A stretch of 64,000 nt of DNA from Candidatus Methanomethylicia archaeon (GCA_038845975.1 JAWBQF010000010.1:1-64000), one strand, 5' to 3'. Numbered from the stretch's first letter, positions 53,398-64,000 are shown. The notes: generated by a model from the sequence alone, not told the origin. Numbers and translations are program-made.

Positions 53398-53753
53398 CTA
53401 TAGAAACAATATGTTCCTTATATCTTACTATTGTAAATTAATACGTTACTTAATTGAATTTAATAATTCATAATGTTAAACTGTTGATTTTGTATAGAAA
53501 TAGTTTCAAAATATTTAAGCTTTTCATATTTAATGTGTATTATTATGCACGTGAAGTATTACTAGTTATTAACTAGTTAAACATTAATTCAATGAGAACT
53601 ATTGTTTAAATATATTAACATTACTATAGTTAATATATTTCAAGAATCATGTTTAAACTTCATTAAGTAGGGTGAATCATGTTTAATAGGGACTTAGATT
53701 TCAAAGTTTAAAATCAAAGAAAGATTTTTAAAAGGATATAGGGTAAATACATT

Positions 53754-54638
53754 ATGGCTAAAATATTGAGATACATAAGGCCTGATGGTTTAGAATCTTA
53801 TGGATTAATAGTTAATAATCTTGTTATAGATCGTAGGGATATAGAAAGAATATTGAATCTAAAACTGCCTGAAGATATTGTATCCTTTATATCTAGTACA
53901 TATTTAAACATGATTCTTGAAAAAATTGAGAACCTCAATTTTAAGCAGGGATTTAAACTAGAAAATTTAAGATTACTTGCACCAATTCCAAACCCGCCGA
54001 AAATACTATGTTTAGGGTTAAATTATATAGATCATGCTGAGGAGCAGAAGAAAACTCCTCCTGATGAGCCTATGATATTTATTAAGCCTAAAACATCAAT
54101 AGCAGGACCCTTTGATGATATTTATGTTCCATCTGACTATGTTCAACAACTAGACTATGAGGGTGAGCTTGCAGTTATTATTGGAAAGCTAGGTAAAAGG
54201 ATAAGTGCATCTAGAGCTTTAGACTATGTATTTGGATATATGGTGTTTAATGACTTATCAGCTAGAGATATACAAGCTAAAGATAAACAATGGACACGCG
54301 GGAAAAGTCTAGATCAGTTTGCTCCAATAGGTCCATGGATAGTTACAAGAGATGATATTGAAAACCCATATAATCTTAAAATAATAACTAAAGTTAATGA
54401 TGAGATAAGACAGAATTCATCAACTTCAAAAATGGTGCATAAAATAGATAAAGTAATAGAAGTATTAAGTAAGGGAATGACACTTGAACCAGGAGACATA
54501 ATAGCTACTGGTACACCTTCAGGTGTAGGTGTTTTCATGAAACCCGAACCTAAATTCTTAAAGCACGGAGATATAGTTGAGATAACAATTGAAAAAATAG
54601 GAACAATAAGAAATCGAATAATATTCACCAGACCTTAA
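53754..54638 (+). CDS. Fumarylacetoacetate hydrolase family protein
   Basis: GLNYIDH, DYEGEL, NDLSARD, GKS.D, TGTPSGVG. Confidence 0.92.
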   Translation: MAKILRYIRPDGLESYGLIVNNLVIDRRDIERILNLKLPEDIVSFISSTYLNMILEKIENLNFKQGFKLENLRLLAPIPNPPKILCLGLNYIDHAEEQKKTPPDEPMIFIKPKTSIAGPFDDIYVPSDYVQQLDYEGELAVIIGKLGKRISASRALDYVFGYMVFNDLSARDIQAKDKQWTRGKSLDQFAPIGPWIVTRDDIENPYNLKIITKVNDEIRQNSSTSKMVHKIDKVIEVLSKGMTLEPGDIIATGTPSGVGVFMKPEPKFLKHGDIVEITIEKIGTIRNRIIFTRP

Positions 54639-55032
54639 AATACGTAATTGATATTAGTTGAAAACTATCCATTTTATCAACGTTTATAGGGTTAATTTCT
54701 CAACACAAAATTTATAATTTATTCATAAAAATTGAATAATTTTTCACTCTCTGCTAATTGCACATAAGATTTACCTAATCATTTCCGAAGCATAAAGTCT
54801 TAGTTGAATCATCATTCTTCATGACTTATTATATTTTGTCAATTTGGTCTTAATTTTAACATGCAGATAAATAGCAATAGTATTATATTGCACCTCAAAG
54901 CTTCAATAAATTAGGTTTATTTCAATATGTTCTAAATTGCTACTATGCTCTTAAGCCTATATAATTTTTAGAAGTATTAATTTTAGTTAGACTTATAGAA
55001 TATGGAGTTTCAGCTGTAATATAGTGTTTACA

Positions 55033-56052
55033 TTAAAGCTGCGGAATTATGGAAATGCCAATAATGTACATTAACCCACATAAAACAGCAGTTACAGGTA
55101 CTGTTAAAATCCAGAAGATAGCTATACTAATTGTAACAGTCTTATTGATGAGTTTTCTATTTTTAGCAATTCCAGCTCCAATAATTGATCCAACAGTAGC
55201 ATAGGATGTAGATATTGGTAAGCCATATCCTATAAACATGTAGGGTATAGTTGTAAAGAGATAAACAACAAAAGCATTACTTATCTCTGCTGCAAAACCA
55301 GTTAATACGTCAAGTCTATAAACTTCAAATGCAACTGTTTTTAAGACTCGGGGACCAATAACTAGTCCCCCAATAACGATTCCAATAGCACCATAAGTAG
55401 CTAGTAGAATCATAGTATTATAGTCAGGTAAACGACCTAACTTCGATGCAATAGTAACATAAACACCAGTAGCATTACCAACATCATTAGCTCCGAAAGA
55501 ATAGGCTGAAAAACAGAGAGAAAATATAAGAAGAACCTTAATTAGCTTCTCAAAAACTAGTGATTCCCAAATTTTACTTCTCTTAATGAATGTTTCAAGC
55601 ATTTTATAAACTGTAAATGCAAGAATAAGACTACATAGAGGGGAAGAAATCCAGCTTAAGGCAATCATTGCTAAAACTTGAATATTAATGTTTAAGCCAT
55701 ATTTAACAAGACCATATCCTAAAATAGCGCCAATAACTGAATGTGTTGTTGATATTGGTTTACCTAGAAGAGAGCTGATTAAGATCCATATGTTAGCTGA
55801 TAGAATAATAATAAAAGCTCCAAGAACATCAATTTCAGGTACTATACCTACCCCTATGGTTTTCATAACCATAAATCCTTGAAGTAAAGAGCCAATAAAA
55901 GTAAATACTGAGAAAAGTATTAGAGCTTTGCTAATTGATAATACTCCAGACCCTACAGCACAATCAGTAGGATTAACAGCATCATTCCCACCCATGTTAA
56001 ATGCCATTATGAAGGACAATACTAAGCCACAGGCAAGCAGCACTATATCCAA
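55033..56052 (-). CDS. PiT-family inorganic phosphate transporter
   Basis: GGNDAVN, PISTTH, GANDVGNA, PISTS. Confidence 0.9.
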   Translation of the reverse strand: MDIVLLACGLVLSFIMAFNMGGNDAVNPTDCAVGSGVLSISKALILFSVFTFIGSLLQGFMVMKTIGVGIVPEIDVLGAFIIILSANIWILISSLLGKPISTTHSVIGAILGYGLVKYGLNINIQVLAMIALSWISSPLCSLILAFTVYKMLETFIKRSKIWESLVFEKLIKVLLIFSLCFSAYSFGANDVGNATGVYVTIASKLGRLPDYNTMILLATYGAIGIVIGGLVIGPRVLKTVAFEVYRLDVLTGFAAEISNAFVVYLFTTIPYMFIGYGLPISTSYATVGSIIGAGIAKNRKLINKTVTISIAIFWILTVPVTAVLCGLMYIIGISIIPQL

Positions 56053-56138
56053 CTAAGCCACCACTACAACATTATGAGAAATATTTATATAGTTTCTCTA
56101 TATAATAATCATAGTCTATATATAATATATAGATCTAT

Positions 56139-57191
56139 ATGGAGACAAGAAAACTCGTTAAAACAGGAGGGGCAACTTACATAATTTCTCTACCTAAGGA
56201 ATGGATTAGAAGACATGAATTAAGTAAGGGAGCATCTATAGGCATATATGAACAGGCAGACGGGTCACTTATACTAAGACCTTTAACATTCAACTTAAAA
56301 CAAAACAATAAAGTAATGAATTTAAAAATTATAAGTGAGAACGAGGAAGTTACATTAAGAAGCATTATTGCAGCATATATTTCAGGATATGATGTCATAA
56401 ATATATTATCAAACAAGATCCCATTAAACTTTAGGCGTAAAATCAAAGAGGTTATTACTAGAAAGCTTACAGGTGTTGAAGTGATTGAGGATTCTTCAAC
56501 AAAAATAACGCTTCAAGTCCTATCACATTATGCTAGCTTCCCACTAAGAAGAGTTATAGATAGAATGGGTGCTTTAACATCATGTATGTATGATGATATT
56601 TCAAGAGCACTTACAGAAAGAGATAGAGATCTTCTCCGTGATATTATTGAGAGAGATGATGACGTTGATAGACTCTACTTCTTATCAATAAGACAGTTAA
56701 CAGCAGCCATTAGGGAGCCGAATATACTAAGTAGTTTAGAAATTAAGGATCTTCGAGAATGCTTAGAGTATCGTGTTATAGTTAGACATATCGAAAGAGC
56801 AGCTGACCATGCTACAATAGCATCTACAAATCTATATGAAATCCTAGATTTAATTGATAAAGATATAGTTTCAAAACTAATTGAAATGGAGAATGAAGCC
56901 TGTAAGTCATTTAGGAACTCTATATACTCTATAGTGAATACAAGTAGTAAAAGAGCAAACATAGCTTTGAGTTTAAGAGGCTTAGTGCGTGATTATGAAG
57001 TTGACTTAATAGAGAAAATACTAACTGAAACCTCTAATGTTAAGGTAGTAGCTTACTTACGCTTAACTATTGAAAGTCTAAGAAGACTTGCAGAATATGC
57101 AGCTGGAATTGCTGAAATACTACTTGATCTAGACATAGATACAAGAAATGAAGCAAATATACATGAACAGATTGAAGACACATTTAGTTAA
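56139..57191 (+). CDS. phoU: AbrB-PhoU phosphate regulator
   Basis: RKLVKTGGATYIISLPKEW; RDDDVDRLY; ERAADH. Confidence 0.88.
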   Translation: METRKLVKTGGATYIISLPKEWIRRHELSKGASIGIYEQADGSLILRPLTFNLKQNNKVMNLKIISENEEVTLRSIIAAYISGYDVINILSNKIPLNFRRKIKEVITRKLTGVEVIEDSSTKITLQVLSHYASFPLRRVIDRMGALTSCMYDDISRALTERDRDLLRDIIERDDDVDRLYFLSIRQLTAAIREPNILSSLEIKDLRECLEYRVIVRHIERAADHATIASTNLYEILDLIDKDIVSKLIEMENEACKSFRNSIYSIVNTSSKRANIALSLRGLVRDYEVDLIEKILTETSNVKVVAYLRLTIESLRRLAEYAAGIAEILLDLDIDTRNEANIHEQIEDTFS

Positions 57192-57230
57192 GTTTATATT
57201 TAACTGTAATACTATATACAAGATGAATTC

Positions 57231-57908
57231 ATGTCTAAATCCGGTCATGTTGCTGTATGGTTTGGTAGAAAAAGAGAGAAAGCAGTACTAGCAACTTGTG
57301 AAAAACACTATAGTAAAGTTTTAAGTGTTATTATGGAGATGAAGAAATTCATCGAGGCATACTATAGTGGCAACTTCGATGAGGTGAAGAAAAGTTTTGA
57401 AGAAATATTTAAGTTTGAAAGAGAAGCTGATGAAGTTAAGAAGAGTATAGTTACTGAACTTATGAAGGGGCCCTTTCATCCTCTAGATAGAGAGGAAATA
57501 ATGAAACTTGTATTAACTGTTGATGATATAGCTGCCTATGTTAAAGCATCATCAAGAAGACTGCTTTACGTTAACCCTAAAGAAGTACCGGAAAACATTA
57601 GAAATGGATTGAAAATAATAACATATAAGATGTGTGATGCAGCTACAATATTGAGAGATGGGCTTAATAAACTCGTATCTAAATCAGATGATGCATTAGA
57701 CGCAGCTGAAAAAACTGAGAGGATTGAAGAGGAAGTTGATGATTTAAGAGTTGATCTTATAGCTGAAATACTTAAATGGGGAGATATGGTTAAAAGTATA
57801 GGTAACTGGCTAATGATTAAGGACGCTGTAGAATTCATAGAGAATGCTGTAGATAGACTTGAAGATACAGCTGATGTGATTAGAGCAATAGTAATACTAA
57901 GTACTTAA
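57231..57908 (+). CDS. DUF47 / TIGR00153 PhoU-like Pit accessory protein
   Basis: EREAD, PLDREEI, DDIA, IEEEVD, DRLED. Confidence 0.85.
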   Translation: MSKSGHVAVWFGRKREKAVLATCEKHYSKVLSVIMEMKKFIEAYYSGNFDEVKKSFEEIFKFEREADEVKKSIVTELMKGPFHPLDREEIMKLVLTVDDIAAYVKASSRRLLYVNPKEVPENIRNGLKIITYKMCDAATILRDGLNKLVSKSDDALDAAEKTERIEEEVDDLRVDLIAEILKWGDMVKSIGNWLMIKDAVEFIENAVDRLEDTADVIRAIVILST

Positions 57909-58679
57909 ACTAAACAGATCTTTAACTAGCAGTTCAACACTTCTACAATCACCATCAAGGTTTAACCTTATTGGAGTTATTGAAATTACATTTTCATACT
58001 TTATAGCATAAACATCGGTTCCAGGCTCAGCATCTTTATAGTTATCTATAAGCCATGATACGATTCTATATCCATTATTAGTCTCACAATGTATATCGCA
58101 GTAGCTTACATGAGCAATTCTAGTTACTTTAACTTTAATATTATCTAGTTTTTCAGGGATATTTATAGATAATACTTGAACACCATTGGGCATGCCATTC
58201 TCTAAAATATATCTAACAATTCTTCTAGAAACATCCATTGCAACTCTAAGCTCATCAATACTAACATGATTCTTTCTACGAATATCCCTAATACAGTAGG
58301 AAATAGCAATAGCTGGAACGCCATGTATCGCAGCTTCTAAAGCAACGCCAATAGTTCCAGAGTTTAAAATATCTTCAAGCCCTATATTAGGCCCTAAATT
58401 AATACCAGCAACAACAATACTTGGTTTCCTCTTAAGAATTTTATTGGTAGCTATAAAGTATGCATCAGCAGGTGTTCCATTAATTGAGTAAGCTTTAAAA
58501 CCATTAATCTCAATACTGGATGTACGTATTAATCCTATAGATAATGCTTTACCAATACCACTACGTTCATATTCGGGAGCGACAATGACTATTTCACCAA
58601 GTTCTCTAAGAGCTTGACTTAAAGCCAATAGCCCTATACTATTAATACCATCATCATTAACTATCAGAATTGTATTCAT
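57897..58679 (-). CDS. surE: 5'/3'-nucleotidase SurE
   Basis: ILIVNDDG, VAP..ERSG, GTPAD, GINLGPN, SGT, SITP. Confidence 0.93.
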   Translation of the reverse strand: MNTILIVNDDGINSIGLLALSQALRELGEIVIVAPEYERSGIGKALSIGLIRTSSIEINGFKAYSINGTPADAYFIATNKILKRKPSIVVAGINLGPNIGLEDILNSGTIGVALEAAIHGVPAIAISYCIRDIRRKNHVSIDELRVAMDVSRRIVRYILENGMPNGVQVLSINIPEKLDNIKVKVTRIAHVSYCDIHCETNNGYRIVSWLIDNYKDAEPGTDVYAIKYENVISITPIRLNLDGDCRSVELLVKDLFSLST

Positions 58680-58923
58680 AAGAATCATAGAGTCATAAGA
58701 TTTATAAAAATTTATATCTGTGGTAATAAAAATCAAGTGTCTTGAAGTATGTGAAGAATATTAATTCTATTTTCATATTTTAGTGAATGACATTATATAG
58801 CCTTAATTAAAAATAGAATTAGTAATTTTAATGAGGATAATAAGGAATATGATTATATACTTAATATTGTTGATGCAAGAGCTTAAATAGTAAAATGTTT
58901 AAGTCCTTTAGATTAGAAGACTT

Positions 58924-59574
58924 ATGAAGCCTTACGTCATCTTATGTGCTGCTGAAACAATTGATGGTAAGATTGCTAGTAAAACAGGTTTTTCTAAGTT
59001 TTCATGTTTACAAGATCTTAAAAGGCTTCATATATTAAGGGCTAATGTCGATGCTGTACTTGTAGGGGCAAATACAATTATTAATGATAACCCCTTATTA
59101 ACAGTAAGACTTATTGATGGAAGAAATCCTATAAGAATCGTTATAGATGAATTACTGAGAATACCGTTAAACGCAAATGTAATCATTGATAGATCAGCTA
59201 AAACAATAGTTGTTACCTCAAATAAAGCCTTAAAAGAAAAAATAAGTAAAATACGTAGTATGGATGTCGAAGTATTAATCATGGGAGAAAGCATTAACCT
59301 TAAGAACTTAATGGAAAAACTGTATGAGAATGGGATAAGAAAAATACTTCTTGAAGGTGGGGGCATATTGAACTGGTATATGCTTTATCATAAACTTGTT
59401 GATGAACTTCACATAACTATAACTCCATACATTCTAGGTGGAGATAATGCAATATCGCTAGTAAGAGGGGAGGGATTTAGCAATCTAGATGACTGTATAA
59501 AAGCTAAATTAATAGACTATAAGATATGTAGTTGTGGAGGGGAAATAGTATTAATTTATAAAGTTATGTATTAG
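58924..59574 (+). CDS. 2,5-diamino-6-ribosylamino-pyrimidinone 5'-phosphate reductase (RibD C-terminal type)
   Basis: IDGKIA, VGANT..DNPLLTVR, LEGGG. Confidence 0.88.
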   Translation: MKPYVILCAAETIDGKIASKTGFSKFSCLQDLKRLHILRANVDAVLVGANTIINDNPLLTVRLIDGRNPIRIVIDELLRIPLNANVIIDRSAKTIVVTSNKALKEKISKIRSMDVEVLIMGESINLKNLMEKLYENGIRKILLEGGGILNWYMLYHKLVDELHITITPYILGGDNAISLVRGEGFSNLDDCIKAKLIDYKICSCGGEIVLIYKVMY

Positions 59575-60485
59575 AAAGCCATGGGTTCACCATCCAAGAA
59601 TACTAGTGGTTTATTTATATCATTAATGAAATGAAACTTAATTACTAAATTGATATCTTTATACAATCTTGATATTTCTAATAGTAAATCCTCATAAAAT
59701 TTAACATAATTAACTGTGAAACATTTAGGTAAACATACGTTAACAACAACATTTGGATGCTTATTACTAATATTGTAGAGAATATTAGAATACTTTAATG
59801 CATATAATTTAGATGCTAAAACAACCTCTTTAGATGTTAGCGGTGTCTTAATAAGCTTAACATTAAATACTCTAGAAAACCAATAAATAATTTCTTTCTT
59901 AAACATATCTATATCTAACCATTCTCCAGCTAAACTGGAGATATTAACTACTGGATATTTAATATTAATGAGGGATTTATATAAATTACTTAAGTTTGCA
60001 TCAAATAAAATTGAACTATGAACTAATAATGTATTCTGTGACCGGTACTGAGCAAAGCCAGCAATCTTGAAGTTATCAGTAAAGACACTATTAGAAGCCT
60101 TAAACTCCACATTAATACCTAGATCTCTAAGCAAATTTACCAATGGCTTAGCAGCAACTTTATATGCATATTCAACATTCATAAACTCTTTATATTTCTC
60201 AATATTAACAACTAGACTGATATTAATTACCCCCATATCATGATATACTGCACCACCGCCTGAAAGTCTTCTAACAATCTCTATACCCGTGATTTTACAG
60301 AACTCTAAATTAACCTCACGCATAACATTCTGTGAATAGCTAATAATAACTGATGGATTGTTACGCCATAACCATAAAACACCGTCATAACCACCATTTT
60401 TAAATAATCTAAAAACTGATTCCTCAATACTAAGATTAAGCCTAGGATTAAAGCATTCATAATTTAATAATCTCCATAAAACCAT
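59571..60485 (-). CDS. Lipoate-protein ligase A family protein
   Basis: WRNNPSVII, VRRLSGGGAVYHD, KIAG.AQ, H.SIL. Confidence 0.85.
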   Translation of the reverse strand: MVLWRLLNYECFNPRLNLSIEESVFRLFKNGGYDGVLWLWRNNPSVIISYSQNVMREVNLEFCKITGIEIVRRLSGGGAVYHDMGVINISLVVNIEKYKEFMNVEYAYKVAAKPLVNLLRDLGINVEFKASNSVFTDNFKIAGFAQYRSQNTLLVHSSILFDANLSNLYKSLINIKYPVVNISSLAGEWLDIDMFKKEIIYWFSRVFNVKLIKTPLTSKEVVLASKLYALKYSNILYNISNKHPNVVVNVCLPKCFTVNYVKFYEDLLLEISRLYKDINLVIKFHFINDINKPLVFLDGEPMAF

Positions 60486-60981
60486 ATTTACCCTACAAGT
60501 CTAATCAAACCCCCAATAATATATTATACTAATAATTTAAGGCTTAACTTAATTCTTAAAAGTGTAAAAGCATTACTAAATATTCTCCGGAAATTGGTTT
60601 AAGTTTACTTGTTCTGAGAACTTACTTTAATAAATCTAGCAGCCATGTCTATGTATAGCTTTAGCTAAATACTATATAAGTATTAAATTCATCTAAGCTT
60701 AAAGGCCTCTACTAAATACTTAATTATACCGTAAAGACTTGTGAAGAGCGTAAAATTAATCCTATTAAACCGTTATAAACTTAGGCCTTTTATTGTCTTT
60801 CGAATTGTTAATAGCTGAAAATGTAACTTGAAGAATAGATAAAATTCATATTCTTTAAAATATTGATCAGCATCTTTCCTTACGGAGTCTTCCAGCTCCA
60901 TCTATGATGATATTAATTAGCGTAACTTATAAGTGATATATTATAATAAGCTTTATTAAGGAAATTAATAATATTTTTAGT

Positions 60982-61482
60982 ATGTGGAATATTCTTAGTG
61001 AACGATTCCAAAATGATCCGGCGAAAATGAGGGTTGCAAGACTTGTTATTGAGCTTGGATTAAGAGTTTATGGTGGGGAAGTTTATATTGGTCCATTAAA
61101 GGTTACCTTAACATCAATAGCTAAAGCATTAAATGTTGATCGAAAAACTGTAAGAGAAGCTGTGAAAATACTTTCAACTGATGAAAAACTTGGACCAATA
61201 CTTAGTAAAATTAGATCAGCAGGCGCATTCCTAAATGAAGCTTCAAAAATTTTAGGGTATACACTAGTTATAGTTGAGGCGGATTCGCATATGCCGGGTA
61301 TTATTGCAGGAATCACTAAGATTATTGCTGATGCAGGTAGAAGCATAAGACAGATTATGGCTGAGGATCCTGATTTATTTCCTGAACCTAAACTTTACAT
61401 AGTCATAGATGGAAAGATTCAGGAGGATCTAATTTCAGAGATGCTTAAAGTTCGAGGGGTGAAGAAGGTATCTATTTCATAA
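60982..61482 (+). CDS. ACT-domain regulator of amino acid metabolism (COG2150-like)
   Basis: MW..F..P, IAKALNVDRKTV, PGIIA..SIRQ..EDP. Confidence 0.85.
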   Translation: MWNILSERFQNDPAKMRVARLVIELGLRVYGGEVYIGPLKVTLTSIAKALNVDRKTVREAVKILSTDEKLGPILSKIRSAGAFLNEASKILGYTLVIVEADSHMPGIIAGITKIIADAGRSIRQIMAEDPDLFPEPKLYIVIDGKIQEDLISEMLKVRGVKKVSIS

Positions 61483-61580
61483 TATCTAGCCTTAATTCAA
61501 ATTTAAGAAACTAATATAGAACTCTCTAGGCTTTAAGTAAACTTTTTATTATTTTAGATCAAGTATATTGTGGTGATTAT

Positions 61581-62018
61581 ATGAGGTTCTATGAGGATTT
61601 TAATATTGGCGATTTCTTTGAAACCCCTAGAAGAACCATTACTGAGGCAGATATAGTAAACTTTGCAGGAATTAGTGGTGATTTTAACCCACTTCATATT
61701 GATGAGGTATTTGCTAAACAAACAATATTTGGGAGAAGAGTTGCTCATGGATTACTAACTCTAGCTGTTACTTCAGGACTTTGGATGAGACTTGGCTTTT
61801 TTGAGGGAAGCGTTATAGCTTTTTACGGTATTGATAATCTTAGATTTGTAAAACCTGTATTTGCAGGAGACACTATTATGGCTAGGATTAAGGTTATTGA
61901 GAAAATTGAAAAGGGAAATTATGGTATTGTAACTTTTAGTAATGAAGTTTATAATCAACGTGAAGAACTGGTACTTACATTTCAAGCAAAACTTTTATTG
62001 AAGAAAAAACAATTATAA
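61581..62018 (+). CDS. MaoC-family dehydratase
   Basis: RTITEAD..FA..SGDFNPLH, F..PVF.GDT. Confidence 0.9.
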   Translation: MRFYEDFNIGDFFETPRRTITEADIVNFAGISGDFNPLHIDEVFAKQTIFGRRVAHGLLTLAVTSGLWMRLGFFEGSVIAFYGIDNLRFVKPVFAGDTIMARIKVIEKIEKGNYGIVTFSNEVYNQREELVLTFQAKLLLKKKQL

Positions 62019-62067
62019 GTACTGTATGGCTGTGAGCTTAAGCCTTATTAAGGTCTTCTCATCTTAT

Positions 62068-62241
62068 TTATGATGACGATATATGCTGTAAAGAATTGAG
62101 CTTCATAAGGATTTTAGCACATTTCAAACATAATCCATGATGAAAATAACACTTTACACATACTTTTCTCCCACATCGTCTACAAGTATAGCTTGCTGTT
62201 TTAAGCATGCATATAGAGCAGATACTTAATAAATTTGCCAT
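62068..62241 (-). CDS. 57-aa zinc-finger protein with four CxxC pairs (absent from ORF track)
   Basis: MANLLSICSICMLKTASYTCRRCGRKVCVKCYFHHGLCLKCAKILMKLNSLQHISSS; starts 1 nt after the thi4 stop. Confidence 0.75.
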   Translation of the reverse strand: MANLLSICSICMLKTASYTCRRCGRKVCVKCYFHHGLCLKCAKILMKLNSLQHISSS

Positions 62242-62242
62242 G

Positions 62243-63040
62243 TTAGCTGGTTTTTAATCTACTTATTATTTCCTCAGCCACCTTCCTTCCTGAAAGCAAC
62301 ATAGATCCAAATATTGGACCCATACGCGGAGCTTGTTTTAAAGCTGCTACAGCCATACCTGCAACGTATAGTCCAGGAGCAACCATTCCGGTATTGTATA
62401 GTACTTGACGCTCACCTTCACTAGCCCACATAGACTTTTCACCTTTAATTTCAAGTTCAAGTTCAGGTATTTTCCTTGAAACAATAGCTAATACTTCAGC
62501 ATCATGTCCTGTTGCATCCACAACCGCTCTACATCGTATAGCTAGAGGATCAACATGTAATCCAGACATTGTTACAGCAGTCCATTGGAGCACAACTCCA
62601 ACTATTTGTGCTCCATATCCACTATGTCTATACACTACATCATCTACAGTTACTCCAAGAAGTATTTTAGCTCCGGCATCTATAGCTGCTGATGCGAGTT
62701 TTGCTATGAGTTCAGCAGAGTCAACAACATAAATACCGTTTTCAACCTCCTCATAGTGACATTTTATCTCTTTAATTATTTCGTCAGCTGGACTTTCAAC
62801 GATGACCTTATGGAAAAGCATTCCTCCACCTCCTATTCCACCTCCGAAGGATAATTTCCTCTCTATAAGGAGTGTTTTTAAGCCTGCCTGCGCAAGATAT
62901 TTTGCAGCTGATAATCCAGCAGGTCCAGCTCCAACAATCACTACATCCCGCTCAGTAAAATCTATCCAGTCTTCAATAGATTTCCTTAAGATATATCTTG
63001 TAACAACCTCTTCAGTAACTTCTTTTACACCCATAATCAC
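62243..63040 (-). CDS. thi4: Sulfide-dependent thiazole synthase (non-Cys Thi4)
   Basis: GAGPAGL, GGG..GGGM, LHVDPL (His at the position of the suicide Cys), [15 protein letters not shown]. Confidence 0.93.
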   Translation of the reverse strand: MIMGVKEVTEEVVTRYILRKSIEDWIDFTERDVVIVGAGPAGLSAAKYLAQAGLKTLLIERKLSFGGGIGGGGMLFHKVIVESPADEIIKEIKCHYEEVENGIYVVDSAELIAKLASAAIDAGAKILLGVTVDDVVYRHSGYGAQIVGVVLQWTAVTMSGLHVDPLAIRCRAVVDATGHDAEVLAIVSRKIPELELEIKGEKSMWASEGERQVLYNTGMVAPGLYVAGMAVAALKQAPRMGPIFGSMLLSGRKVAEEIISRLKTS

Positions 63041-63093
63041 TGCTATAAGATTAAAAATATTTAAACTTTAAGTTTTATATTAGATGTTTAAGT

Positions 63094-64000
63094 ATGGATT
63101 TATTTATTAAAACTCAGAAAGGACTTGAGGAAGTAGCCGCATCCCATATTATTGATGTTTTAGGTAATGTTAAAGTAGTTACTAAGCCAAATGGATTTTT
63201 AGGTATTATATTAGCGGATGATGTAGATGATAAATATAATGCTGTAAAAATCATTAATGAAAACATTCCAGAAGTAGAGTATGCTTATCCTATTGAGGCT
63301 GAAGTAAAATCAGTACTTGAAGAAATAGTTAATACATCAGTTAGAATAGCTAAGGAAAGAATTGTTAAGAATGAAAGCTTTGCTATAAGAACAACTCGAA
63401 GAGGTAAACATAATTTTTCAAGTATAGATGTTAATATAAAAGCTGGAGCTTTAATAAGAGAAGCTGTAGGATCCGATGTTGACCTTACAAGTCCAGATAA
63501 GATAGTATACATTGAGATATTGGGAGACAAAACCTATATAATGATTGGAAGTGGAAGAGAGTTTGAGGAGTTTAAGAAGAGAAAACATGGAAAGAAACCT
63601 ATATTGGAATTTCTACGTAGATTATCCATTGTTCAAATACCCTATACAGGACCTCTTAACGCTGTATATGCAATGGGAGTTAGAATTGGAAGAGCTGTAC
63701 AAACATTTGAAGTTAATGAATTAGTAGTATCACCTAAGGAAAAGATATCGGCAGATGAAGTGGATACATTTATTAAGGGAGTATTTGAAGGTATAAAATC
63801 CCGTTATGAAGTACAGCAGAGAACTTATAGAAGAGAAGTACATAAAGTACCAGTATATATTCAGGATCTATATCAGTTAGTTAGAGAACGACGTAATGAA
63901 TATCTAATTTCAACCTCAACAAGAGGATATGTAATAAGTAGGATTTCAAACATAATTGATGAGGCAGTAAAAAGCGGTAAGAAAATAAGCATTCTCATAG
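63094..64000 (+). CDS. THUMP plus SPOUT RNA methyltransferase (truncated by window end; absent from ORF track)
   Basis: IKTQKGLE, FAIRTTRRGKHNFSSIDVN, VDL..PDK, VQIPY.G, G.RIGRAVQTFEV, QDLYQ; open to the window end. Confidence 0.85.
   Translation, partial: MDLFIKTQKGLEEVAASHIIDVLGNVKVVTKPNGFLGIILADDVDDKYNAVKIINENIPEVEYAYPIEAEVKSVLEEIVNTSVRIAKERIVKNESFAIRTTRRGKHNFSSIDVNIKAGALIREAVGSDVDLTSPDKIVYIEILGDKTYIMIGSGREFEEFKKRKHGKKPILEFLRRLSIVQIPYTGPLNAVYAMGVRIGRAVQTFEVNELVVSPKEKISADEVDTFIKGVFEGIKSRYEVQQRTYRREVHKVPVYIQDLYQLVRERRNEYLISTSTRGYVISRISNIIDEAVKSGKKISILI

Noticed and set aside
5666-63530. Short ORF-track entries overlapping long genes (e.g. 5666-5890, 9008-9190, 9326-9577, 11371-11628, 14452-14742, 30047-30463, 44418-44840, 48102-48503, 63285-63530)
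   Set aside because: Shadow frames of well-supported genes, with no motifs of their own
1-64000. CRISPR array or cas genes
   Set aside because: No regularly spaced 24-40 bp direct repeats; the repeats found are TIR elements

Overview
AT-rich archaeal chromosome segment. The gene set, BHB-type tRNA introns and GGTGA Shine-Dalgarno sites suggest Thermoproteota/TACK, but the lineage is inferred. Most genes are housekeeping or metabolic: pheA, an SdhA plus SdhB-CCG (TfrAB-like) fumarate reductase, class II HMG-CoA reductase, ipk, etfAB, class I fumarase, thiDN, thi4, prs with ribose-1,5-bisphosphate isomerase, a type IA topoisomerase, trkHA, cdc48-hsp20 with a heat-shock regulator, feoAB-dtxR, two radical SAM proteins, FAU-1, HtrA and pit-phoU. 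The unusual features are mostly non-coding. (1) Two tRNAs need two introns removed, mostly at non-canonical sites: tRNA-Pro(UGG) with introns at 3/4 and 35/36, and tRNA-Arg with two 11-nt introns around a 3-nt exon. (2) The long intergenic spacers hold decayed IS6 and IS1595-like elements plus several families of very small (50-230 bp) terminal-inverted-repeat (TIR) elements with 8-bp target site duplications (TSDs). Some sit back-to-back and appear to reuse one 8-bp target. (3) There are two C/D-box sRNA candidates, one with a guide complementary to the 16S anti-Shine-Dalgarno tail. (4) A perfect 63-bp repeat joins the two ATPase domains of cdc48. Two small Cys-rich ORFs and a truncated THUMP-SPOUT gene are missing from the ORF track. 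No CRISPR array or rRNA was seen. All calls were made by eye, without database searches.
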